A DNA stretch of 64,000 nt from an uncultured Clostridia bacterium (GTDB taxonomy: Bacteria; Bacillota; Clostridia; TANB77; CAG-508): positions 18,480 to 82,479 of the forward strand of contig CAKPIG010000005.1 in NCBI GenBank assembly GCA_934162255.1, in the 5' to 3' direction. Below, piece after piece: positions 55,892-64,000 of the stretch (its first letter is position 1; every line of letters starts with the position of its first letter). Made by a program: the position numbers and the translations under genes. Under the pieces are notes generated by a model. It made no database searches. It saw only the letters and a program-made list of their open reading frames with translations, and was not told where the DNA came from.

Positions 55892-56413
55892 TTAATTTTC
55901 ATCTCCTCTTATTTCAAAAGCGAAATAAGATTTATATGGTTTTAATTTGCACCTACCCTTTACTTTATTTTCTTTTTCATCAAAATAAAGTCTAGGTTTT
56001 AATTCTTCTGTAGTTTCAGGGTCGATAACACATATATCCCTTTTTAAATTAGGTGTGTAATTGAATTCTTTAAATTCTTGCTCTTCCTCTGAATATAATG
56101 TATTAAACTTAAATGGTGTTGGTTTTTTTGAGATTCGAACTTCATCGTCAATTAATATACCAGAGTTGATTATAACATTTTCTTTTCCAAATGATAGGAT
56201 TACTAATTGATTTCCTCCAATTTGTGGTTCATCTACATAAAATGTTTTTCTCTTTGATTCTCCTCTGATTTCTTCCGTAAAGTCTAATCTCTCAACTGTG
56301 TATTTAGGATATTCTTTTAAATATTCTTTTTCTGTTTTGTTTATTTGGTAAATAACCGTGTTTACTCCTTTTGGATCTGTTATACTAAAATGTTTTCCTG
56401 GTAACATCTCCAT
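55892..56413 (-). CDS. Hypothetical protein
   Basis: 173 aa. I prefer the ATG at 56413 after GAGGTG. I recognise no family. It is the first gene behind a consensus promoter. Confidence 0.55.
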   Translation of the reverse strand: MEMLPGKHFSITDPKGVNTVIYQINKTEKEYLKEYPKYTVERLDFTEEIRGESKRKTFYVDEPQIGGNQLVILSFGKENVIINSGILIDDEVRISKKPTPFKFNTLYSEEEQEFKEFNYTPNLKRDICVIDPETTEELKPRLYFDEKENKVKGRCKLKPYKSYFAFEIRGDEN

Positions 56414-56481
56414 GCTTTTACACCTCATTCCTATGATTTTAATCCATAGTTTATCTTATGTCTACAAACACGCTACAACTA

Positions 56482-56510
56482 ATTATAGCATGTATCCATT
56501 GATTTGTCAA
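56482..56510 (-). promoter_or_regulatory. Consensus sigma-A promoter of the three-gene T4CP operon
   Basis: On the minus strand: TTGACA (56510..56505), a 17-nt spacer ending in TGC, then TATAAT (56487..56482). Confidence 0.7.
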
Positions 56511-56531
56511 TAGTTCGTCCATTTTGGAACC

Positions 56532-57419
56532 TTAAACTCTTCTTGGATTAAATTTTGATATTTCTTTTAACTTTTTAAACATTTCTCTTTCTTCCTTTGT
56601 TAGCTTTTCAGGTACTACAATTTTTACTTCAGCAATTAAATTTCCTCTTTCTCCATTTGAATCTTTATAACCTTTTTTAGGTATCTCTATAGTTTCTCCT
56701 GATTGTACTCCATTTGGTATATATATCTGTGTTTTTGTATCATCAATTGAAGGAATTTTAGCTTTTGTTCCAAGTGCCGCTTCCCAAGGTGAAATTGGTA
56801 TTATTGTGCATAAATCACAACCTGCTAATTTATATTTTTTATTGTCATCTATATTTATTTTTATATATAAATCTCCACTTCTTCCACCATTTTTCCCAGG
56901 CTTCCCTTGTCCAATAAGTCTTATTTTCTCTCCGCTTTGTATTCCTTCTGGAACTTTTATTGTTATTATTTTATCTTTGCCTTCAATGTTTTTTAATACT
57001 ATTTTTTTATCAACACCATAGAATCCTTCTTCTATTGATATATTGATTTCTGTTTCAATATTTTCTCCTTTTATTTGAGGTAGTCTACTTTGTTCTATTT
57101 CTTCTTTTATTTGTTCATTTCCAAAAAACATCCCAAAAAATTCTCCAGCCATTTGTCCTGATGTCTTTGTCTTAGCCTTTTTTTGTTTATTTCCTACATT
57201 ATAGTTCCATGTTCTGTCATATTTTCTTTTTGTTGCAGGTTCAGATAATACTCTATATGCCTCATTTATATCTTTTATTTTTTCTTCTGCTAATTTGTCT
57301 CCAACATTCAAATCTGGATGATATTTTTTCGCCTGTTTTCTATATGCTGATTTTATTTGTTCTATACTTACCTTACTATTTTCTAACTCTAATACTTTGT
57401 AATAATCTTTAAATTTCAT
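56532..57419 (-). CDS. J-domain co-chaperone lacking the zinc-finger region (CbpA-like)
   Basis: 295 aa with a J domain containing HPD (KKYHPDLN), a short G/F region and two DnaJ C-terminal beta domains. It has no CxxCxGxG repeats. Confidence 0.8.
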   Translation of the reverse strand: MKFKDYYKVLELENSKVSIEQIKSAYRKQAKKYHPDLNVGDKLAEEKIKDINEAYRVLSEPATKRKYDRTWNYNVGNKQKKAKTKTSGQMAGEFFGMFFGNEQIKEEIEQSRLPQIKGENIETEINISIEEGFYGVDKKIVLKNIEGKDKIITIKVPEGIQSGEKIRLIGQGKPGKNGGRSGDLYIKINIDDNKKYKLAGCDLCTIIPISPWEAALGTKAKIPSIDDTKTQIYIPNGVQSGETIEIPKKGYKDSNGERGNLIAEVKIVVPEKLTKEEREMFKKLKEISKFNPRRV

Positions 57420-57474
57420 CTGACATCCTCCAAAAAATTGGTACTTGTATTATATCAATTCCAGCAAAAAAAAT

Positions 57475-58851
57475 CTATAGTTTTTGGCAAATTTCAAAAA
57501 ATTTCATTCCATTTGATGCTTTTATCAAAACAATGTCATCTTTCTGCATTATTTCTATCAATTTTTTTAATATCTCATCATTATTTTTAAGCATTATTTT
57601 TTCTGTTTTTGAATTTTTATTTGCTCCTTCTATTATATATTTTGAATTATTTCCTGCACAAATTAATATATCTATATTGTTTTTGGCAACTTCTTCTCCT
57701 ACTCTTCTATGAAGTTCTTCTGCATATTCTCCCAATTCAAACATATCCCCAAGTACTGCTATTTTCCTTTTTCCTGTATGTTCTGCCAAATATTTTATAC
57801 TTGCTTTCATTGATTCATAACTTGCATTATAACTGTCATTGATTATTGTTGTTCCATTTTCTAATTTTTTTATGTCCATTCTTTTCTTTGTTAATTCAAA
57901 ATTTTTTATTCCATTTTGAATTTGCTCTTTTGAAATATCTAATAGTCTTCCTACTTCTGCTGCACTTAATGCATTATACACAAAGTGCTCTCCTCCTACA
58001 GGAACATCAATTTCGAATTTTTCATTTTCTGTTTGTGCATAAAATCTACTGTTTTCCTCATCTGATTTTATTTCTACAGCATTTATTTCACTTTTATTTT
58101 TAATTCCATATGTATGAATTTCTATTTTTTCTTTATTTTCTTCATACCATTTATGTAATAAGTCATTATCATTATTTATAATAACTCTAGGTATATTCAT
58201 TCCTTCAAGTATTTCAAGTTTTGCCTTTAATATATTTTCTCTTGAGCCTAGGTTCCCTATATGTGATGTTCCTATATTTGTAATTACTGCAAGTGTTGGT
58301 TTTGCAATACTCGTTAATAAGCTAATTTCCCCAAAGTGGTTCATTCCCATTTCTATAACTGCTGCTTCATGATCTTCAAGTTTTAAAATTGTTAATGGCA
58401 ATCCTATATTATTATTTTGATTTCCTTCTGTTTTTAATGTTTTGTATTTTTGGCTTACAACACTTCCTATTATATCTTTTGTACTTGTTTTTCCAACACT
58501 TCCTGTTATTGCAATTACAGGTATATCATATAAGCTTCTTTTGTATCTTGCAATTTCATATAGCGCTTTCAAAGTATCTTCAACTTCAATTATAATTTTT
58601 TTTGAATATTTTTCTAAATCATCTTCGGAAATTTTTTGTTTTGTTATTATTACTCCATCTGCACCATTATTTAATGCATCTTTCCAAAATGTACTTCCAT
58701 CAAACTTTTCTCCTTTTATTCCTATATATATGTCACCGTTTGTTACTTTTCTAGAATCTCTTTCATATTTTTTGCATATATATTCATCATCTCCTGATAT
58801 TAATTTACCATTCGTTATTTTTATTATATCTTTTACTCTTATATCTTTCAT
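57475..58851 (-). CDS. murF: UDP-N-acetylmuramoyl-tripeptide--D-alanyl-D-alanine ligase
   Basis: 458 aa with the Mur ligase P-loop ITGSVGKTSTKD and an N-terminus typical of MurF (IIKITNGKLISG). Confidence 0.85.
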   Translation of the reverse strand: MKDIRVKDIIKITNGKLISGDDEYICKKYERDSRKVTNGDIYIGIKGEKFDGSTFWKDALNNGADGVIITKQKISEDDLEKYSKKIIIEVEDTLKALYEIARYKRSLYDIPVIAITGSVGKTSTKDIIGSVVSQKYKTLKTEGNQNNNIGLPLTILKLEDHEAAVIEMGMNHFGEISLLTSIAKPTLAVITNIGTSHIGNLGSRENILKAKLEILEGMNIPRVIINNDNDLLHKWYEENKEKIEIHTYGIKNKSEINAVEIKSDEENSRFYAQTENEKFEIDVPVGGEHFVYNALSAAEVGRLLDISKEQIQNGIKNFELTKKRMDIKKLENGTTIINDSYNASYESMKASIKYLAEHTGKRKIAVLGDMFELGEYAEELHRRVGEEVAKNNIDILICAGNNSKYIIEGANKNSKTEKIMLKNNDEILKKLIEIMQKDDIVLIKASNGMKFFEICQKL

Positions 58852-58912
58852 AGCTTACCTCCAAATTGAATTTTTTTTATTATATGCCTTTTTTTTGCAA
58901 TTTGCAATAAAA

Positions 58913-58947
58913 ATAGAGAGTTCGCTTCAAAATAAAGTACTCTCTCT
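58913..58947 (-). terminator. Terminator downstream of ypeB
   Basis: 9-bp stem ATAGAGAGT / ACTCTCTAT, followed on the minus strand by TTTTTATT. Confidence 0.6.
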
Positions 58948-58954
58948 ATTATTT

Positions 58955-60268
58955 TTATTCTGTCAATATTCCATTTGGTGTATTTATTACTATAAGTATA
59001 TCTTCTTCATCTCCTGTTTCAGCATTTATATATGCTATAAATTCAATTTCTTCAACTTTTCCTTTAAATTCATAACAATATTTTTCTGTTTCCCATTCTG
59101 TAGGTATCATTGCCATTTTCTCACTTGTTATTTCGATTTTTTGGCTCAAATTCTCTCTTGCTTTTTCTATAGTTATCTTTGCTTTTGGTATTTGTCTTTC
59201 ATAATGACTATTTAAATATCCTGTTGTTTCAAGACCTATAATCTCTCCATTATCTAATGCGATTTTTACTTTTATTAAATCTGCGTATATAATTACATTT
59301 TCTTGAGAATATGCATAGTTTACTGTTATAAATCCATTTTCTTTTTGATAATATGTTTCTTGCATATTGTCAAACCCATGATTTTGCAAAAATTCTTTTC
59401 CTTTTTGTACTGCATCTTGTTCATTTATTTCTTCTTTTTCTATTTCTCTATCATAATTCATTAGAACAACATGTCCACCTTTTTTAGAAATTGATATTCC
59501 TATTTTTTTATCTTCATCTGTTGTAACTTCAAATCTATAAACTTCTATATTTCCATTTTCTACAAACCCATTGCTTTTTATTTCTTTTATTTTATCTTTT
59601 CCTAAAAATTCCTCTACTTTTGATTTTGCAATTTCTTCATCTATGTCTTCACCTGTCAATCCTTTTTTTTCTGAATTTGTTAAATGTTCTGAAAATGCTC
59701 CATCATATATTAATCCTGCATATTCATGAAAGTTTTGTTCTACAACATCAAATGTATTTGTATCTGAAACTTTTGCAATTTCATCCCATTTTACTGTTCC
59801 TTCATTTAATTCTGATGCCATCTCATTTAATGCATTTGCAAGGTCATTGCAATAATTGTATAGTTCTTTTATTTTATCTACTTCTTCATCTGTTAGATTC
59901 TCTCCTTCTATATTTTTTCTAGATAATGTGTATGAATATTCACTTACTTGATTTAAAAATTTTTCTGTATTTTCCAACACCTGGCTCTCTATTGGTAACA
60001 TACCTAAATAACTTTGAGCTAGATTTGCCTCTCTCCATACATGTGTAAGCATTTCTGCACCATGTTCAGATGATTTTGAGACCATTGTTTTTGCAAGATA
60101 TATTTTTACATTTTGCACATAATCTACAACTTCATAAAATACTTTGTTATAATCATTTTCCTTTGTTATTGCATAACTTGTGTTTCTACTATCTAAATTA
60201 TATCCCAGCACAGCCACAACAATTAATAAAATCACTGAAATTGCTATCCAAATTTTACTTGATTTCAT
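58955..60268 (-). CDS. ypeB: Germination protein YpeB
   Basis: N-terminal TM helix, a YpeB-like N-domain (NDYNKVFYEVVDYV...VWREANLAQSYLGMLP...FLNQVSEYSY) and C-terminal PepSY-like repeats. I prefer the ATG at 60268 after AAGGAGGA. Confidence 0.8.
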   Translation of the reverse strand: MKSSKIWIAISVILLIVVAVLGYNLDSRNTSYAITKENDYNKVFYEVVDYVQNVKIYLAKTMVSKSSEHGAEMLTHVWREANLAQSYLGMLPIESQVLENTEKFLNQVSEYSYTLSRKNIEGENLTDEEVDKIKELYNYCNDLANALNEMASELNEGTVKWDEIAKVSDTNTFDVVEQNFHEYAGLIYDGAFSEHLTNSEKKGLTGEDIDEEIAKSKVEEFLGKDKIKEIKSNGFVENGNIEVYRFEVTTDEDKKIGISISKKGGHVVLMNYDREIEKEEINEQDAVQKGKEFLQNHGFDNMQETYYQKENGFITVNYAYSQENVIIYADLIKVKIALDNGEIIGLETTGYLNSHYERQIPKAKITIEKARENLSQKIEITSEKMAMIPTEWETEKYCYEFKGKVEEIEFIAYINAETGDEEDILIVINTPNGILTE

Positions 60269-60370
60269 AAATTCCTCCTTTTTATTAATATTTTGTTTTT
60301 TTTTATAAAAATTATTCAAACTTTTTTTTATTTATGATAGAATATTTAAATAAAATTTAAGGAGCAAATT

Positions 60371-61498
60371 ATGAAAAAAATAATAATATTTTATGCAACC
60401 TATGGTGGTGGACATTTGTCTGCAGCTAAAGCAATAAAAGAATGTTTAGAAACTAATTTTAATGATATCAATATAAAATTAGTTGATTGTATGAATTATG
60501 TCAACAAACCTTTTAATGTTGTTACTACTAAAGCTTATTCTGAAATGGCAAAAGTAGCGCCTCGTACTTGGGGAAGTCTTTATAAAAGGTCTGAAAAAGG
60601 ACCTCTTGCTCACATAAGTACTACTTCAAATAAATTACTTGCTATAAAATTAAATACTTTATTAAAAAACTTTGAGCCAGATATTATAATTTCAACACAT
60701 CCATTTTCGACTCAAATGTGTGCATACTTAAAAAAGCATAAAAAACTAAATGCAAAAATTGCAACTATAATGACTGATTATGCACCACATGATCAATGGC
60801 TTGTTTTTAATGAATATGTTGATTATTATTTTGTATCACACGAAGGAATGAAAAAACAATTAAATGCACGTGGCATTCCAAATGAAAAAATTTTTGCAAC
60901 AGGTATTCCCGTTTCAAACAAATTTTTATTACATTATGATAAATCAAAAATATTAAAGGATTTTGGTCTTTCTGAAAATAAGAAAACAATCTTGTTCTTT
61001 GGAGGTGGCAAGTTTGGGTTAGGAAAAACTCACACTTTAAATATATTTAAATCATTTGTTGAGGATTTTAACGATATTCAAATTGTAGCAATTTCTGGCA
61101 AGAATGAAAAAATGAAACAAGAATTTGAAACATTAGTTAATTCTTTAAATAAAAATGATTCTGTTAAAATCTTAGAATATACAGATAAAGTTGCTGAACT
61201 AATGAGCATTTCAGATTTAGTTGTTACTAAACCTGGTGGTTTAACAACTACCGAAAGTTTAGTTTCAGGTTTGCCTATTATTATTATTAATCCAATTCCT
61301 GGTCAAGAAGAAGAAAACGCTGAGTTTTTAGAAAATAATAAAGTAGCTATTTGGATAAAAAAAGATGATGATGTAAAATTCATTTTGAATGATTTATTTT
61401 CAAATCAAGAAAAAATGCAAGAAATGAAAATCCGTGCTAGACTTTTATCAAAGAAAACTTCTACAAAAGATATTTGTGATATCATTTTAAATTCATAA
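60371..61498 (+). CDS. MGDG-synthase/UgtP-type diacylglycerol glycosyltransferase (GT28)
   Basis: 375 aa with an N-terminal YGGGHLSAAKAI and a C-terminal KPGGLTTTES...IPGQEEENA. Confidence 0.8.
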   Translation: MKKIIIFYATYGGGHLSAAKAIKECLETNFNDINIKLVDCMNYVNKPFNVVTTKAYSEMAKVAPRTWGSLYKRSEKGPLAHISTTSNKLLAIKLNTLLKNFEPDIIISTHPFSTQMCAYLKKHKKLNAKIATIMTDYAPHDQWLVFNEYVDYYFVSHEGMKKQLNARGIPNEKIFATGIPVSNKFLLHYDKSKILKDFGLSENKKTILFFGGGKFGLGKTHTLNIFKSFVEDFNDIQIVAISGKNEKMKQEFETLVNSLNKNDSVKILEYTDKVAELMSISDLVVTKPGGLTTTESLVSGLPIIIINPIPGQEEENAEFLENNKVAIWIKKDDDVKFILNDLFSNQEKMQEMKIRARLLSKKTSTKDICDIILNS

Positions 61499-61503
61499 AA
61501 AAA

Positions 61504-61536
61504 GACCACATCATATATTACATTATGGTGTGGTTC
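61504..61536. terminator. Bidirectional terminator between the glycosyltransferase gene and recR
   Basis: GACCACA...TGTGGT(T)C imperfect hairpin flanked by A6 and T6 runs. Confidence 0.6.
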
Positions 61537-61540
61537 TTTT

Positions 61541-62140
61541 TTACATTTCTCTTCTTCCTTCAAGAGCTTTTGTTAGTGTTATTTCATCTGTATATTCCAA
61601 GTCTCCTCCTACTGGAATTCCGTGAGCAATTCTCGTAACTTTAATTCCCAGTGGTTTTATTAATTTTGATAAATACATTGCTGTTGCTTCTCCCTCAACT
61701 CTAGGGTTCGTTGCTAAAATTACTTCTTTAACACTTCCATCCATTAGTCTTGCCAAAAGTTCTTTTATTTTTATATCATCTGGTCCAATTCCATTCATTG
61801 GTGATATTGACCCATGTAAGACATGATATACACCTTTGAATTCATGTGTTCTTTCCATTGCTATTATATCTCTTACATCTTCTACTACACAGATACTTGT
61901 TTGATCTCTTTTTGGATTTCCACATATTGTGCATGGATCTGTATCTGAGATATTGTAACATTTACTACAATATTTTAAATTCTTTTTTGCATTTGTTATT
62001 GCAGAAACAAATTCATTTGTTTCTTCTTCCGATGCATTTAGTATATAAAAAGCTAATCTTGCAGCTGTTTTATTTCCTATGCTTGGTAATTTTTCAAATG
62101 CTTCTATTAATTTTTCAATTGATGGTGAATAATATGACAT
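61541..62140 (-). CDS. recR: Recombination protein RecR
   Basis: 199 aa with an HhH N-terminus, the C4 zinc finger [16 protein letters not shown] and a Toprim domain. Confidence 0.9.
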   Translation of the reverse strand: MSYYSPSIEKLIEAFEKLPSIGNKTAARLAFYILNASEEETNEFVSAITNAKKNLKYCSKCYNISDTDPCTICGNPKRDQTSICVVEDVRDIIAMERTHEFKGVYHVLHGSISPMNGIGPDDIKIKELLARLMDGSVKEVILATNPRVEGEATAMYLSKLIKPLGIKVTRIAHGIPVGGDLEYTDEITLTKALEGRREM

Positions 62141-62153
62141 CCTTTTTCTCCTC

Positions 62154-62495
62154 TTACATCAATCCAGGTATATTATATTTTCCCATAGATGCTGATTGAG
62201 CATCATCAACTTGTTTAAATGCTTGATTTATACATGTAACAATTAAATCTTGTAACATTTCTATATCATCTGGATCAACAACTTCTTTTTGTAATTTTAA
62301 TTCTTTTATTTCTTTTTGACCTGTAACTTTAACTGTTACAGCTCCTCCTCCAGCTGAAGCTTCAAATTCTTTTAATGCTAGTTCAGATTGTGTTTTTTCT
62401 AGATCTGCTTGCATTTTTTTTGCTTCTTTCATTAAATTGTTGATGTTCATTCCACCAAATCCTCCCATTCCAGGGAATCCTCCTCTTTTTGACAT
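62154..62495 (-). CDS. ybaB: Nucleoid-associated protein YbaB/EbfC
   Basis: 113 aa with [13 protein letters not shown]... It sits in the canonical position between dnaX and recR. Confidence 0.9.
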   Translation of the reverse strand: MSKRGGFPGMGGFGGMNINNLMKEAKKMQADLEKTQSELALKEFEASAGGGAVTVKVTGQKEIKELKLQKEVVDPDDIEMLQDLIVTCINQAFKQVDDAQSASMGKYNIPGLM

Positions 62496-62507
62496 TTTGT
62501 ATTCCTC

Positions 62508-64000
62508 CTATTCTATAATATCAAATGGTATATCAAACCCACTTGCAAAATTTGAAATTTCTTGTTCTTCTGAATTCTCAGTTTCTTGTGGTTTTGTATC
62601 AATGTATTTTATATGCATTTCTTTTCCACATGCTATAGAAACTTGATTTGATATTTCTGATATACTCTCCGGTCTTTCTAATATTGTTTTTCCAAAAGGC
62701 GTTATTCCTTCAGGAAATTCTATTCCAACAGTCATATCATTTACTTCTACTGCATTTGTTTTTAACAAATTTGTATATAGCATTATTTTTCCATTTTTCT
62801 TAAAATTATTTACTATTTCCTTCCAATATTGAGCCGGCTTACTATCTTTTCCTATTCCTTCTATTGAAGTATTATCAATTTTTGGCTTTACTGCACTAGG
62901 ATTTTTTTTTACATTTGTAGACTGCATTCTAGGTACAGCTCCACCTGACCTTAAATAATTTTCTATTTTTTCTAGTCTTTCATAAATATCCTTATTTCCA
63001 CTACTGCTTTCATTTGTTTTACTTTCTTCTGCATCACATAATTTTATAATTCCTGCTTGAAAAACTATGAGTCTTTGTGTTGATGTTTTCATGTCATTTT
63101 CTAATTTAGATAACTCATATATTAATTTTATTGCTCTTTCTTTTGATACATTATTAGCTATATTTTGCAAGTCTTGTAAATCTTTTTCATTATATATTGT
63201 TAATTTTTGATTTGTTTTTATCATTAATATATCTTTTATATATTTTATAACTTCCCATATTAAATTATTTAAATCTTTTCCTTCATTTAATACTTGTGTA
63301 ATTGTTTCCATTGCTTTGTCTATATCATAATTTACAATTGCTTCAGTTATATTTTTTATATATGTAATTTTAGGTATTCCAACTAATTCTTTTATTTTAT
63401 CTTCATCAATATTATTTTCTCCATCTTGTACACATCTTTCTAATATTGATAATGCATCTCTCATTGCTCCTTCTGATAATGAAGCAATTATATTTAACGC
63501 CTGTTTTGTTATTTCTATTCCACTTTCTTTGCTAACTATTTCTAATCTTTTTATAATATCTTCATCAGAAATTCTTTTAAAATCAAACCTTTGGCATCTT
63601 GAAAGTATTGTTGCTGGCAATTTTTGTGGTTCTGTTGTCGCTAATATAAATTTAACATGTTCAGGTGGTTCTTCTAATGTTTTTAACAGTGCATTAAATG
63701 CACCTGTTGATAACATATGTACCTCATCTATTATATATACTCTATATTTTGCTTTTGTTGGTAAAAAGTTGACTTCTTCTCTTATTGAACGTATATCTTC
63801 TACACTATTGTTTGATGCAGCATCCATTTCTACAATATCTGTTAATGAGCCGGCAAGTGCTGCTTTACAAATTTCACATTCATTACATGGTTCTCCATCT
63901 TTAGGATTTAAACAATTTATTGCTCTTGCTAATACTTTTGCTGATGTTGTTTTTCCTGTACCTCTTCCTCCATTAAATAAATATGCATGGCCTACTCTAT
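62508..64000 (-). CDS. dnaX: DNA polymerase III subunit tau (gamma/tau), with the N-terminus running off the window
   Basis: The frame stays open upstream of the track start (63827) to the window edge and reads ...RVGHAYLFNGGRGTGKTTSAKVLARAINC...EMDAASNN. It also contains TILSRCQRFDF. Confidence 0.9.
   Translation of the reverse strand, partial: RVGHAYLFNGGRGTGKTTSAKVLARAINCLNPKDGEPCNECEICKAALAGSLTDIVEMDAASNNSVEDIRSIREEVNFLPTKAKYRVYIIDEVHMLSTGAFNALLKTLEEPPEHVKFILATTEPQKLPATILSRCQRFDFKRISDEDIIKRLEIVSKESGIEITKQALNIIASLSEGAMRDALSILERCVQDGENNIDEDKIKELVGIPKITYIKNITEAIVNYDIDKAMETITQVLNEGKDLNNLIWEVIKYIKDILMIKTNQKLTIYNEKDLQDLQNIANNVSKERAIKLIYELSKLENDMKTSTQRLIVFQAGIIKLCDAEESKTNESSSGNKDIYERLEKIENYLRSGGAVPRMQSTNVKKNPSAVKPKIDNTSIEGIGKDSKPAQYWKEIVNNFKKNGKIMLYTNLLKTNAVEVNDMTVGIEFPEGITPFGKTILERPESISEISNQVSIACGKEMHIKYIDTKPQETENSEEQEISNFASGFDIPFDIIE

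Noticed and set aside
53572-56531. Calling the T4CP region a mobile element (ICE or IME).
   Set aside because: I saw no integrase, relaxase, VirB4-like ATPase or flanking direct repeats in the window. It is reported as an orphan operon instead.

Overview
This window is a low-GC (under about 30% by eye) chromosomal segment from a spore-forming Firmicute, probably Clostridia-like. The markers are spoIIE, ypeB, CotF-type coat genes, radC-mreBCD-mrdA-minC and dnaX-ybaB-recR. It holds about 60 tightly packed protein genes, mostly on the minus strand, many separated by bidirectional hairpin terminators, plus one tRNA-Arg(TCT). I saw no rRNA, CRISPR array, transposase or integrase. All protein calls rest on motif and architecture recognition by eye; no database search was possible. 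Several track ORF starts were moved to an internal ATG with a good RBS, because the track also accepts GTG/TTG starts that fall inside Shine-Dalgarno sequences.

The most interesting observations are:
1. A roughly 530-nt GC-enriched, strongly self-complementary non-coding RNA (1211..1743, minus). It has its own near-consensus promoter and is co-transcribed with a small four-TM protein, an OLE/OapA-like arrangement.
2. A conserved element of TGTAAT hexamers phased at 11 bp, present three times (about 19298, 22681 and 40984). One copy follows an XRE repressor gene next to a HExxH protein. The other two lie upstream of genes for secreted proteins that share an unusual N-terminal motif: two tandem TasA/camelysin-like paralogs and a 648-aa DUF4214 surface protein.
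3. An orphan VirD4/TraG-type coupling-protein operon with a perfect sigma-A promoter and no other conjugation genes.
4. An A9 tract in dnaX at the domain III/IV boundary, with stop codons immediately in both shifted frames.
5. A CIRCE operator overlapping the hsp20 promoter.
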